A stretch of 64,000 bases of DNA from Alphaproteobacteria bacterium (GTDB taxonomy: Bacteria > Pseudomonadota > Alphaproteobacteria > RF32 > CAG-239), in the NCBI GenBank assembly GCA_017480745.1, contig JAFUSA010000008.1, positions 10,530-74,529 of the forward strand. The letters are read 5' to 3'. Both the position numbers and the translations under genes were made by a program. This document shows, piece after piece, positions 18,023-28,367 of the stretch. Under the pieces are notes generated by a model. It did not search any database and had not been told where the DNA came from. It worked only from the letters and a program-made list of their open reading frames with translations. The stretch's first letter is position 1; each line of letters starts with the position of its first letter.

Positions 18023-18261
18023 TTGACTTTTTGATTTTTTATGATATAGTCGATACAAGATGAGGTAAAATTCATCTGGGGTGTCAAGACCTCTTAGAGT
18101 CGTCGTGAAGACGTTAAATGATTTCCGGCCTTGGTCGGAAGGTGGGTGAATAAGGTCAGTCGAATAATCCACACTGTTACTCTAATAGTCTTGAACTTCC
18201 GGCCGCCTCAACATGGCGGTTGTTTTGGTGTAATGTCAACAATTTAGAAAGGAAGTTTACT
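18023..18261 (+). promoter_or_regulatory. class-B pilin-cassette promoter (TTGACT-16-TGaTATAGT) + ~200-nt conserved leader ending in hairpin CCGGCCGCC..GGCGG + U-run
   Basis: Shares promoter and 3' hairpin with class A, but has a different middle (ACAAGATGAGGTAA..). Second copy at 53303..53546. Confidence 0.7.
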
Positions 18262-18909
18262 ATGAAAAACTTAGAGATAAAAAATAATGATTGCCACGCT
18301 GCGCTCGCAATGACGAAAAGCGTGCAGAGCGGTCGTTCAATGATAGAGATGCTTGGAGTGTTAGCTATCATCGGTGTTTTGTCTGTCGGTGGAATCGCCG
18401 GATATTCAAAGGCAATGATGAAGTATAGAATTAACAAAACTATTGAGCAAATAACACTCATTGCCGGCAATATTCGCACCTTTTTTGCAAACCAGAGAAA
18501 TTATAAAGGCGTATATTGTTTTTGTAATAACGGCAGTTGCACAGGTCAATCTTCCGGTGATGGCTGTCCTATACATAAAAAAGCCAAAATATTCCCTGAT
18601 GAAATGATTACCATAACTGATGGTAAGATTATGTCTATTACCAATCCTTTCGGTGGTATGGTTGATTTAACAGCAGAGGAAGATAATAAAGCATTCAGTA
18701 TACGATATATAATTCCGGAAGAAGCCTGTATTGAACTTACTTCTCGGGATTGGTCAAATTCTAATATTAATTATATTGGCTTTTATTATAACCATCATCA
18801 AGAGTATATTAAAGTACCATTAAATATTGACGATGCTATTCAACAATGTTCAGCCACGGCGGCTGATACAAATAGCGGAGATGCTATTATATACTTATAT
18901 AGTGAATAA
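18262..18909 (+). CDS. type IV pilin-like protein, paralog 2
   Basis: Start MKNLEIKNNDCHAALAMTKSVQSGRS|MIEML... Cys cluster CFCNNGSCTGQSSGDGCP, then KKAKIFPDEM, PEEACIEL and C-terminal QQCS. Confidence 0.7.
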   Translation: MKNLEIKNNDCHAALAMTKSVQSGRSMIEMLGVLAIIGVLSVGGIAGYSKAMMKYRINKTIEQITLIAGNIRTFFANQRNYKGVYCFCNNGSCTGQSSGDGCPIHKKAKIFPDEMITITDGKIMSITNPFGGMVDLTAEEDNKAFSIRYIIPEEACIELTSRDWSNSNINYIGFYYNHHQEYIKVPLNIDDAIQQCSATAADTNSGDAIIYLYSE

Positions 18910-18921
18910 ATAAGGATAGTT

Positions 18922-20223
18922 TTACATTCCGCTTAAAATGCTTTGAAGTTCTGCGGCACTTTTGCCGTAGAACTGTGGCATTCCGCCAAAACCATAGCTT
19001 GGATAATAGGAATCGGTTGCCGAACCTGTTGTTTCATAACCGGAACCATAGAACTTTTGCGGAGCTGAATCAACAACCTTTTCACCGGAAGATGTTACTT
19101 TCACAACATCTAAACTATGCTCATTACGCCCGTTTTCAAACAAGCGAAATGCCCCGCCAATACCATAATAACCATCGCCACGTGTAATTGCCTCATCAAT
19201 ATAATGACGGTCTTTGTTAGCCAGCGATGAAGCCAATGCCACAGCATCGTAGGCAAAAATACTCAAACCACTCGGACGCTCACCAAATAATTCGGAATAT
19301 TTATTTTCAAAATTGCTGATACGATTAAGTGGCAATACCGGATAAACTGCTCCGTAAAGTTCTGTTTCCTTGCTTAAATTACTGCTTGCCCAAACCGAAG
19401 TCCCCATAAACAAAACATCTGGCGCCGATACATCATAATAACTGAACATTGAGGAAATTGCTTTTAACCGATTACCGGATTCCGGAATCAATAAGGCATC
19501 AAATCCTCCCTTCATCGAAACAACCATATCCGTAAAATCCATACTATCAGGCTTGTAAAAACCAACTTTTACCACACTCATACCGCTGTTATTAGCCGCT
19601 TTCATTGCTGATTTAAGCATATTTATTCCGCTTTGATTATCAGGTAAAACCAAAGCTAAACGACTGCGTCCCTGACCTGCGGCATAGCGGATAATGCGAT
19701 TGATTTGTTCATCATTCAGTAATCCGATTGAATATATCCCCTCTTGCAATACACTTGGTGAAGTTGAAAAAGATATAACCGGAATATCACGCGACTTGGC
19801 TTCCGATGTTATAGCGGCAACTTCATCTCCGGTAAGCGGTCCCAAAACCAAATCACAGCCGGCGTTTATAGCATTTTCCAGCGCAACCCTTGCTCCACTC
19901 GGTGTGCCCTTCGTATCATAAAACTGCACTACCAAATTATTGTTGATAATATCGCCGATAGCCATAGTGGCGGCGTTTTTCATACTTTCGCCCATTGAGG
20001 AAAGTTTACCGCTTAAAGGTAATAACACGGCAACCCTATAGCTTTCGGTAGTCCCTAAATCTACCTGTGAATAATCGGTAGATGAAACCATATCAGTCGG
20101 ATACCCGTTATTAACATATTTATATTGCGGACGGCCGAAGTTATCAATACCAGATTTTTGCTGCAAAAAAGAACAGTTACAGAGCACTAATCCCAAAATG
20201 ATGATAGTAAATTTTTTTAACAC
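18922..20223 (-). CDS. LpoA-like lipoprotein with periplasmic-binding-protein (LivJ-type) fold; putative penicillin-binding protein activator
   Basis: Lipobox LVLC|N. Divergent from rsmI, with yraN nearby, as in the enterobacterial rsmI/lpoA-yraN locus. PBP type-I fold signatures. Confidence 0.5.
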   Translation of the reverse strand: MLKKFTIIILGLVLCNCSFLQQKSGIDNFGRPQYKYVNNGYPTDMVSSTDYSQVDLGTTESYRVAVLLPLSGKLSSMGESMKNAATMAIGDIINNNLVVQFYDTKGTPSGARVALENAINAGCDLVLGPLTGDEVAAITSEAKSRDIPVISFSTSPSVLQEGIYSIGLLNDEQINRIIRYAAGQGRSRLALVLPDNQSGINMLKSAMKAANNSGMSVVKVGFYKPDSMDFTDMVVSMKGGFDALLIPESGNRLKAISSMFSYYDVSAPDVLFMGTSVWASSNLSKETELYGAVYPVLPLNRISNFENKYSELFGERPSGLSIFAYDAVALASSLANKDRHYIDEAITRGDGYYGIGGAFRLFENGRNEHSLDVVKVTSSGEKVVDSAPQKFYGSGYETTGSATDSYYPSYGFGGMPQFYGKSAAELQSILSGM

Positions 20224-20300
20224 TTGCTTTTTTCCTCAAAATATCGAACAATACATATAATAATCAAAATATTTTTTTTGTAAAGTTAAAGTTTAAAATA

Positions 20301-21131
20301 ATGTTAAGAAACGGTTTATATATCATCTCAACACCCATCGGCAATTTAGGCGATATTTCAGCGCGTGCGTTGGATATATTGCGTGAAATCGAGGTGGTGG
20401 CATGCGAAGACACAAGAGTTAGCAAAAAGTTATTTTCCCTGTTAGGTTTGGATTTACATAAAAAATTTATCTCGTATGAAGACCACAGCGAAGAGCAAAA
20501 AGCACAATCTTTAATTGATATTATCGAATCCGGTCAGGCCGTAGCATTGATCAGTGATGCCGGTTCACCGTTGATTTCCGATCCTGGTTATAAATTAGTG
20601 CGCAAATGCCGTGAGCAAAATATTTATGTTACGGCAATTCCCGGAGCTTGTGCGGTTATTACTGCTTTGCAAATTTCCGGATTACCGACAAATCGCTTTA
20701 TGTTTGCCGGATTTATTCCTAACAAAGATAAGGCCAGACAAGATTTGTTCGGTGAACTAAAAAATGTTGACACCACTCTTGTTTTTTATGAAACAGCGCC
20801 GCGTTTGCTGAAAACTTTGGCAACTGCGGAAAAAATTTTTACCGGCCGCGAAGCAGTAGTTGCACGCGAATTGACCAAAATGTATGAAGAATCCGTTTGC
20901 GGTAGTTGGAAAGATTTGCAAAATCATTTTATGGAAACTGAACCCAAAGGTGAATTTGTTTTAATGGTTGCCCCACCGGTGCAAAAAGAGGTTGCACTTG
21001 ACGATGTGCGAAAAATATTAAGTCAGCGTTTGAATGAAACATCGCTAAAAACTGCGGTGAAAGAGATTTGCGCACAATACGGATTGAACAAAAACGAGGT
21101 TTATGCTTTGGCACTGGAACTCAAAAAATGA
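20301..21131 (+). CDS. rsmI: 16S rRNA (cytidine1402-2'-O)-methyltransferase RsmI
   Basis: Tetrapyrrole-methylase fold motifs LYIISTPIGNLGDIS, EDTR. Confidence 0.85.
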   Translation: MLRNGLYIISTPIGNLGDISARALDILREIEVVACEDTRVSKKLFSLLGLDLHKKFISYEDHSEEQKAQSLIDIIESGQAVALISDAGSPLISDPGYKLVRKCREQNIYVTAIPGACAVITALQISGLPTNRFMFAGFIPNKDKARQDLFGELKNVDTTLVFYETAPRLLKTLATAEKIFTGREAVVARELTKMYEESVCGSWKDLQNHFMETEPKGEFVLMVAPPVQKEVALDDVRKILSQRLNETSLKTAVKEICAQYGLNKNEVYALALELKK

Positions 21132-21490
21132 GTAATTATTCACGAGGAAAAACAGCGGAGTTTGTTGCTCGGATGTATATGCGTTTGCACGGATATGGAA
21201 TCGTGGCGCAAAATTTCACTACCGGACGAGGAACCACTGCCGGCGAAGTTGATTTTATTGCTTGTCGGGCACACACATTAGTTTTTGTGGAGGTTAAAAA
21301 GCGCAAAACTGTTGCCGAAGCAGCTTACGCCATTTCTAAGCAGCAACAACAACGAATCATTCGTGGTGCGCAAAGTTTTTTAAAACAAAATCCGCAATAT
21401 AACGATTATGATATGCGTTTTGATGCAATTTTGGTAGTTTTTCCGTGGTATATTGAGCATCTTAAAAATGCGTGGGGAATAAATTTTTAA
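21128..21490 (+). CDS. yraN: YraN-family (UPF0102) endonuclease-like protein
   Basis: ATGA overlap with rsmI. GKTAEFVARMYMRLHGYGIVAQNF and EVDFIA..VFVEVK (PD-(D/E)XK) motifs. Confidence 0.7.
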   Translation: MSNYSRGKTAEFVARMYMRLHGYGIVAQNFTTGRGTTAGEVDFIACRAHTLVFVEVKKRKTVAEAAYAISKQQQQRIIRGAQSFLKQNPQYNDYDMRFDAILVVFPWYIEHLKNAWGINF

Positions 21491-21604
21491 CTTCACTCAT
21501 CAAACATGTTTTTCGGCAATTTTTAAACCACAACAAATATCCGAATTAAAAAATTCAAAGGCCTCTCAAAAAGAGAGGCCTCATGTATATTTCCACTAAC
21601 CCGA

Positions 21605-22219
21605 TTAACGAGAGTAGTATTCGATAACAAGGTTCGGTTCCATCATTGCTGCATACGGAACATCAGAGAACTTAGGAACAAATGTATATTTAGCGGAGAA
21701 CTTCTTCGCATCAACTTCCAAATATTCCGGAAAATCTCTGCCCTGTGCTTCAATAGCAGCCATAACCATAGCCATACCCTTTGATTTTTCGCGCACTTCA
21801 ATAACATCACCAACCTTAACCATATAGGAAGGAATGTTTACTTTTTTACCGTTAACCGTAACATGACCATGGTTAACAAACTGACGAGCCGCAAACACGG
21901 TTGGAACAAATTTTGCTTTATAAACCAAATTATCCAAACGAGATTCTAACAAACCGATTAAGTTTTCAGCGGCATCACCCGAACGACGAATAGCTTCTGC
22001 ATAATATTTATGGAATTGCTTCTCCGAAATATTGCCGTAATAAACTTTAAGCTTTTGTTTAGCCATTAATTGTTCACCGTAGTCGGTAACTTTTTTCTTT
22101 CTTTGACCATGCTGTCCCGGAGCATAACCTCTTTTATTAAATGGGCTGTTAGCATCGCCCCACAAATTTTCGCCATAACGACGGCTGTTTTTCTTTTTAG
22201 CATTAACAATACTTTTCAT
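21605..22219 (-). CDS. rpsD: 30S ribosomal protein S4
   Basis: [10 protein letters not shown]4 domain [31 protein letters not shown]. Confidence 0.9.
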   Translation of the reverse strand: MKSIVNAKKKNSRRYGENLWGDANSPFNKRGYAPGQHGQRKKKVTDYGEQLMAKQKLKVYYGNISEKQFHKYYAEAIRRSGDAAENLIGLLESRLDNLVYKAKFVPTVFAARQFVNHGHVTVNGKKVNIPSYMVKVGDVIEVREKSKGMAMVMAAIEAQGRDFPEYLEVDAKKFSAKYTFVPKFSDVPYAAMMEPNLVIEYYSR

Positions 22220-22395
22220 ATCATATCCTTTTTATTTATTATTAAATTATTGTCCCGATAGTCATAAACATAAATTTATAACGAGATTTTCGTAAAATCA
22301 GAGATTTACAAAAATCTACCTTCTCGGAAGTGGCTTCCATATACACCATATTTTTTCAAATTGCAACAAAAAAATAGCATTTTTTGCAAAAAATT

Positions 22396-23991
22396 TTACC
22401 CTTGCGATATTTTTCGCGTAATCAATTCAATCAAAAGTGCTAAGGCAATCAACGCTCCACACATGGAAAGCGGAATAATATTACCGTAGCGCCCGAATAA
22501 TGTATCGCGTGCCAAATCAGGCTTTACCAGAATATCAACCGAGCCTTTTTGTCCTAACGACAACTTAGCTTTTATTTGCCCATAAGGCGTAATTACCGCG
22601 CTAATTCCACTGTTTGCACTGCGCACTACTGATATTCCCTCTTCAATCGCGCGCATTTGTGCCGCCACCAAATGCTGATGCGGTCCGGCGCTCAATCCAT
22701 ACCAACCATCGTTTGTCAACACTACCATCCATTTAGGCTTATTGAATTTGCGCACAACTTCGTCAGAAAAGATAATTTCATAGCAAATCAGCGGCGCAAA
22801 CGCCGGATAACCTTCAACGCTTATGGTTTTGTATTTCTCTCCACGCCCTAATTCCGCTACATTATTAGCAACCGGCTTAATCCACTCCGGCAGATATTCT
22901 CGCAAAGGAATGTATTCACCGAACGGCACTAAATGGCTTTTGTCATAGGTGGCAACAACATTGCCTTTATCATCAAATACCCCCAGAGAATTATAAGGTT
23001 TATAACCGTGTTCACTCTCTCCATAGCGCAAAAATCCGCTGATTAAATATCCCTTACGTGGAATAGCTCGTTTAATTTTCAGGCGATGTTTATCGTCGTA
23101 TGTAAAATCATAAGGAGATGCTGTTTCTCCCCATATTACAAAATCAACATAACGATTATCGTCGGTTTTGCTCAATTTAATATATTCATCCAAATTTTTT
23201 TCCGCCGAATCCCGATCCCATTTTAAAGTTTGAGGAATACTCGGTTGAACTAAGCGCACCATTATAGACTTGCCGTTGCTTATTTGCGGACGATGGGCAA
23301 TTACAAAACCGCCGTAATTCCATATAACAAACAAAATAAACACCGAAAGAACAGGCAGACAAAATGTTTTGCGATTAGGCTTTATCAACCAAAACACCGG
23401 TAAAACTCCAAGCAAAACAACAATAAGAGATAGACCGTAAGTTCCCCACCATGCCAACGTTTGCAACAGCGCCGGACTAAACGCCAACACAGAGCTGAGC
23501 GGATTCCACGGAAATCCTGTTAAGAATACCCCTCTAAACCATTCACCGCTCAACACCCAAAAGGCGCAAAACAATAACACTTTCGCCCATACATTCTTGC
23601 AAAGTTTGGTTATCATAAACGGCAATATCGTAAATATGCCGAAAAACGAACCGTTAAAAAATAAAGCAATCGGATACATCCAACCGGTTTGTGCAACATC
23701 TATTAACAGGGCGTTACCTATCCAATAGAATCCGGCGGAAAAAAAGCCGAATCCGAACCAATATCCTAAGCCAATCAATTTTTTTAGGCTACTTGTTTGG
23801 CAACATAAATATAATGCTATTGCCAAGCTTGGAAAAATTGCCCAAATTTGATAAAACGGTGGCAAGGCAAAAGTTAATAACACCCCCAACCCCAAACAAG
23901 CCAACTTAGGATATAGCGCAAAAGCATATAAACATTTATTTTGCAACGCCACACATAAATCTATCAACTTTCGCAACATCTGCGGCCTCAA
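22396..23991 (-). CDS. lnt: apolipoprotein N-acyltransferase
   Basis: N-terminal polytopic domain plus a CN-hydrolase domain (VICYEIIFSDE catalytic Cys). Confidence 0.85.
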   Translation of the reverse strand: MRPQMLRKLIDLCVALQNKCLYAFALYPKLACLGLGVLLTFALPPFYQIWAIFPSLAIALYLCCQTSSLKKLIGLGYWFGFGFFSAGFYWIGNALLIDVAQTGWMYPIALFFNGSFFGIFTILPFMITKLCKNVWAKVLLFCAFWVLSGEWFRGVFLTGFPWNPLSSVLAFSPALLQTLAWWGTYGLSLIVVLLGVLPVFWLIKPNRKTFCLPVLSVFILFVIWNYGGFVIAHRPQISNGKSIMVRLVQPSIPQTLKWDRDSAEKNLDEYIKLSKTDDNRYVDFVIWGETASPYDFTYDDKHRLKIKRAIPRKGYLISGFLRYGESEHGYKPYNSLGVFDDKGNVVATYDKSHLVPFGEYIPLREYLPEWIKPVANNVAELGRGEKYKTISVEGYPAFAPLICYEIIFSDEVVRKFNKPKWMVVLTNDGWYGLSAGPHQHLVAAQMRAIEEGISVVRSANSGISAVITPYGQIKAKLSLGQKGSVDILVKPDLARDTLFGRYGNIIPLSMCGALIALALLIELITRKISQG

Positions 23992-23997
23992 CTTTTT

Positions 23998-24519
23998 CTA
24001 TTCTTGCGCGTAAGGATCTGCTATATTAAGTTTTTGCAAAATATTTTTTTCTAAATTTTCCATATATTCAGCATCTTTATCTTCAATATGGTCATAGCCT
24101 AAAATGTGCAAAAATCCATGCGTCAATAAATGGCAAAAATGAGCATAAAGCGTTATATTTTCAATTTCTGCCTCTTGTTCCATTGTTTCATAGGCAATTA
24201 TAATATCCCCCAATTCAATTTCCGGAAAAGGCGAATTTAGCTCCTCAAAATCTGTATAATCCAAATTGGCAAACGACAAAACATTAGTAGGTTTATCCAT
24301 ATTGCGAAAATCACGATTAAGTTCTTGCACTCGCGCATTATTACTCAGACACAAATTAACTTTCAGTGGTTTTTGCCCCTGCAAAACCGGCAATTTTTCT
24401 TTATCTTCCACATAGGCAAATACAGTTTCTTTAACTTTTTCCGCCACCTGTTTAATATCGGCAACACTCTCTGCCCAACGCGGTTCCTCATCAGTAATAC
24501 TAAGAATTATTTTGCTCAT
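23998..24519 (-). CDS. ybeY: endoribonuclease YbeY
   Basis: HGFLHILGYDH zinc motif. Confidence 0.85.
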   Translation of the reverse strand: MSKIILSITDEEPRWAESVADIKQVAEKVKETVFAYVEDKEKLPVLQGQKPLKVNLCLSNNARVQELNRDFRNMDKPTNVLSFANLDYTDFEELNSPFPEIELGDIIIAYETMEQEAEIENITLYAHFCHLLTHGFLHILGYDHIEDKDAEYMENLEKNILQKLNIADPYAQE

Positions 24520-25480
24520 ATTGATTTATCTCTTTTTTGCTTTTTTCCTCGTAGGCACGAACAATTTTGGCAACTAAACCATGACGCACAACATCGGCAG
24601 AACTGAAAGTTACCGCCGAGATGTTGTCAACATTTTTCAATGTTTCCAACGCATCACGTAAACCGGAAACAACACCACGTGGTAAGTCAACCTGACTTAA
24701 ATCGCCATTTACCACCATACGCGAATTTTCGCCCAAACGAGTTAAAAACATTTTCATCTGCATCGGAGTTGTATTTTGCGCCTCATCCAAAATAATAAAT
24801 GAATTAGAAAGAGTTCTTCCGCGCATAAAAGCCAATGGAGCAATTTCAATTTCGCCCAAAGCCAACTTTTTATCAACCTGTTCTGCCGGCAACATTTCAT
24901 ACAGAGCATCATAAAGCGGTCGCAAATACGGATCAACTTTTTCCTTTAAATCACCTGGCAAAAAGCCCAAATTTTCACCAGCTTCCACTGCCGGTCGCGA
25001 CAAAATTATTTTATCTATTGTGCCTTCCAACATCATAGAAACCGCCAAAGCTACCGCTAAATACGTTTTACCTGTTCCCGCCGGTCCCAAACCGAACACC
25101 AACTCATTTTTCATCATTTCTTGAATATATTGTGCTTGGGTTGCCGAACGCGGATAAATATAACGTTTTTTGGTTTTTAAAACAATGTCGGTCATATTTT
25201 CTTTGTTACCGTCAGTATGCACATCCCCACTCATACGCACGGCTGCTTTAACTTCCTGTTCGCCGATTTCAATATTTTTGCTGGCTTTATTATAAAGAAT
25301 CTCGATGGCGGTTTTGGCATTATCAACATCGCTATTGGAACCTTTTACGGTAATTTGATTACCAAAACTGAAAATTTCAACATTTAGCATTTTTTCAATA
25401 AGGCGCAAATTAGCATCGGCTTCGCCCACTAACTGTTGCACCAACTGATTGTTAAACAGTTCAAAACAAATTTCAGCCAT
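24500..25480 (-). CDS. PhoH-like ATPase (YbeZ)
   Basis: Walker A GPAGTGKTYLA, KH-like N-terminus. Conserved miaB-ybeZ-ybeY-lnt order (corC absent). Confidence 0.85.
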   Translation of the reverse strand: MAEICFELFNNQLVQQLVGEADANLRLIEKMLNVEIFSFGNQITVKGSNSDVDNAKTAIEILYNKASKNIEIGEQEVKAAVRMSGDVHTDGNKENMTDIVLKTKKRYIYPRSATQAQYIQEMMKNELVFGLGPAGTGKTYLAVALAVSMMLEGTIDKIILSRPAVEAGENLGFLPGDLKEKVDPYLRPLYDALYEMLPAEQVDKKLALGEIEIAPLAFMRGRTLSNSFIILDEAQNTTPMQMKMFLTRLGENSRMVVNGDLSQVDLPRGVVSGLRDALETLKNVDNISAVTFSSADVVRHGLVAKIVRAYEEKSKKEINQYEQNNS

Positions 25481-25481
25481 T

Positions 25482-26816
25482 TTAAATCTCCTTTCCGCTT
25501 AAAGAATTAGTAGTGGCTTCGCTGACAACCACATTAATAATTTTATTCATATTATCACTTTTTGTTTCAACATGCAAGTTTTGCATATATGGTGTTCGCC
25601 CGATAAGCTGTCCCTTATGACGACCTTTTTGCTCCAACAATACCGGCATGGTTTTGCCTATGCAAGATTTATTGAATTTATCCTGATAGTCAAACAATAA
25701 AGTTTGCAAAATATCCAACCGCTCTTTTTTAACCTTTTCTTCTACCTGATTATCCATAACCGCGGCAGGAGTTCCGGCGCGCCGACTGTATTTGAACGAA
25801 AATGCCTGAATATATTTTACCTTGTTAACAATATCCAAAGTTTTTTGAAAATCATCATCACTTTCACCCGGAAAGCCAACTATAAAATCGGAAGACATCT
25901 TCAACAGCGGATTAGCCGCATAAAGTTTTTCCACCACCCGCAAATAATCAGCCGAATTATGCCGCCTGTTCATTGCTTTAAGAATACGGTCAGAACCGGA
26001 TTGCACCGGCAAATGCAAATATGGCATTAAAATAGATATATCCTTATGGCAAGCAATCAAATCATCACTCATATCCGCCGGATATGATGTTGTATAACGA
26101 ATACGTTTTAAGCCGTCAATTTCAGCTATTTTATGCAACAAATAAGCCAGACCACGCTCCTTACCGTTTTCATCTTCACCGTGATATGAATTAACATTTT
26201 GTCCCAATAAATTAATTTCCAAAGTTCCTGTTTCAACCAGGCGTTTAGCTTCCTTAACAACTTCGGCAACCGGACGAGAATATTCCACACCGCGTGTATA
26301 TGGCACCACACAATAAGTGCAAAAATTGTTACACCCTTCTTGCACCGCCAAATATGAACAAGCTCCTTGTGCCCTATTTTCAGGTAAAAAGTCAAATTTA
26401 CTTTCAGCCGGAAAATCAGTTTCCACAAAGCCGTGTTCTTCGCGATTTTGCTGAATCTTTTGCAACAACTGCGGTATTTTATGATACATCAGCGGACCAA
26501 CCGCAAAATCAACATACGGAGCACGTTTTATAATTTGTTCATCTTCCGCCTGCACCACACAACCGACAACACCTATTATTGTATCTTTTCCGGCTTCTGA
26601 ACGTTCTAATTGAATTAAATGAGCTCGACCTAAGTCAGAAAACAGCTTTTCCGCCGCTTTTTCACGAATGTGGCAAGTATTAAACAGAACAATATCCGCC
26701 TCATTTTGATGCTTAGTTTCTTCATAACCCTCTTTTTTCAGCATATCGGCAATACGAGATGAATCATATACATTCATCTGACACCCGAAAGTTTTTATAT
26801 AATATTTCTCAGACAC
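25482..26816 (-). CDS. miaB: tRNA-i6A37 methylthiotransferase MiaB
   Basis: Radical-SAM CNNFCTYC, N-terminal FGCQMN cluster, TRAM C-terminus. Confidence 0.9.
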   Translation of the reverse strand: MSEKYYIKTFGCQMNVYDSSRIADMLKKEGYEETKHQNEADIVLFNTCHIREKAAEKLFSDLGRAHLIQLERSEAGKDTIIGVVGCVVQAEDEQIIKRAPYVDFAVGPLMYHKIPQLLQKIQQNREEHGFVETDFPAESKFDFLPENRAQGACSYLAVQEGCNNFCTYCVVPYTRGVEYSRPVAEVVKEAKRLVETGTLEINLLGQNVNSYHGEDENGKERGLAYLLHKIAEIDGLKRIRYTTSYPADMSDDLIACHKDISILMPYLHLPVQSGSDRILKAMNRRHNSADYLRVVEKLYAANPLLKMSSDFIVGFPGESDDDFQKTLDIVNKVKYIQAFSFKYSRRAGTPAAVMDNQVEEKVKKERLDILQTLLFDYQDKFNKSCIGKTMPVLLEQKGRHKGQLIGRTPYMQNLHVETKSDNMNKIINVVVSEATTNSLSGKEI

Positions 26817-26991
26817 TTTTATCTCGTTTTTTATTTACATCATCTCCTTTTTACACCAAAGATATTTTTTTTCAAGATATTTTTACAAAAACATGGCACA
26901 ACTTCTACCGGTGCTTTTTGCAGCGCCGGTAGAAGTTGCAAGTTTCTGTTCGGATAAATTTATATCAAATAAAAAATCAGTGGATAGCAGT

Positions 26992-27627
26992 TTACTTTAT
27001 TAGTTTATGCAATTTTTCCACCACCTCGTCAAACATTTGCTGTGTTAAAACGTTAGTATTGATGTTATAACGCGAAGTATGGTAAGAATCTACAAGAACA
27101 ATATTATGCTGCGGCAATATATGTTCCGCGCCGTGGGCAAATTTATATGCCGATTTCTTATAATTAAGCGCTTGTAAAACTGCACCGTGTGAAACCGCAC
27201 CAAGACACAAGATAACTTTCAAATTTGTCATAGCGGCAATTTCTTGTTGCAAATACGGACGGCAGGCGGTAATTTCGTCGGCTGTAACTTTATTTTGCGG
27301 CGGAACACAACGAACCGAGTTGGTAACTCTCACATTAAGCAATTCAAAACCGTCATCTTTTATTTTTCCATAGTTACCACGGGCAAATCCATATTTTTTT
27401 AGTGCGGGATATAAAACATCTCCGGCGTAATCGTTAGTAAACGGGCGATTGGTTTGATTAGCACCGTTCAATCCAGGAGCCAAACCGACAATCAATATTT
27501 GCGCTGTCAATTCACCAAAAGATTCCACCGGACCATTATGGTATTTAGGAAATTTTTGCTGATTTTGTGCACGAAACTTTAATAAACGAGGGCACCCCAT
27601 ACATGAAAAATCCGGACACTTAAACAT
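26992..27627 (-). CDS. uracil-DNA glycosylase superfamily protein (GLAPG motif, family 4/5-like)
   Basis: Start moved to MFKCPDF after AAAGGAGAATATA. FSCMGCPRL Fe-S-like Cys and VGLAPGLNGANQTNRPFT. Long palindrome terminator at 26900..26945. Confidence 0.6.
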   Translation of the reverse strand: MFKCPDFSCMGCPRLLKFRAQNQQKFPKYHNGPVESFGELTAQILIVGLAPGLNGANQTNRPFTNDYAGDVLYPALKKYGFARGNYGKIKDDGFELLNVRVTNSVRCVPPQNKVTADEITACRPYLQQEIAAMTNLKVILCLGAVSHGAVLQALNYKKSAYKFAHGAEHILPQHNIVLVDSYHTSRYNINTNVLTQQMFDEVVEKLHKLIK

Positions 27628-27751
27628 TATATTCTCCTTTTTTTGCAGCATAATATGTATTTTTTTTGTTGTCTACCATTTAAAACATTTTTTCTGCGGT
27701 TATATACAACCTGTAAAAAAATTTTAACATTTATAAATGGAGAGAATAAAT

Positions 27752-28300
27752 ATGAAAAAAATTTTGTTACTGACTGGTGTGGCTTTGCTTGCGGTAAACA
27801 ACGCAAATGCATCTGATTTTGCCATGGTTAAACCATATATCGGTGCCGATTATGTATATTCAAGGGCACACCAAGGCGGACCGGCTAAGGGATTCAAGAA
27901 AAATTTCCATTCCGGAAAAGTTGATTTGGGTATGCAAATATATAATAACATCTATACCGAATTTTCGTCTCAGATGTCAGGTGAATTGAAAAATCATCAA
28001 GATGGTAAAAGAATTAAAAACAGTTTTCAGGCATACGCTATGGATTTATACGGCAAATATCCGATAATGTGCAGCAATTTAAGTGCCTTGCTCAGTGGCG
28101 GTGCGGCAATTTATCACGTAAACTACAAAGGTATGGAAAACAAAAGTTTCAACAAAGTAGGTTATCGTGCCGGTATCGGTATGCAATATGACTTTAACCA
28201 AAACTGGGCTGCGCGCGTTTTAGGTCGCTATTCCTATGTTGGTGCCGATAGATTAAATAATCTTAAAGAAGTAACCGTAGGTATGTTATACAGATTTTAA
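27752..28300 (+). CDS. outer-membrane beta-barrel protein (OmpA-N/OmpW/Opacity-like 8-strand barrel)
   Basis: Start MKKILLL after GGAGAGAATAAAT. Signal peptide ..NANA|SDF, alternating amphipathic strands, C-terminal ..MLYRF. Confidence 0.6.
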   Translation: MKKILLLTGVALLAVNNANASDFAMVKPYIGADYVYSRAHQGGPAKGFKKNFHSGKVDLGMQIYNNIYTEFSSQMSGELKNHQDGKRIKNSFQAYAMDLYGKYPIMCSNLSALLSGGAAIYHVNYKGMENKSFNKVGYRAGIGMQYDFNQNWAARVLGRYSYVGADRLNNLKEVTVGMLYRF

Positions 28301-28367
28301 CTCCTAAGTAAAGCAAAAGCACCTCAGACATATTTGAACTGAGGTGCTTTATTTTTTTGCAAATCAA

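Noticed and set aside
26900-26945. 16-bp-stem perfect palindrome CAACTTCTACCGGTGC..GCGCCGGTAGAAGTTG
   Set aside because: It is most simply the intrinsic terminator of the UDG-like gene (minus strand), with a T-run on that strand. There is no evidence for a protein-binding site or mobile-element end.
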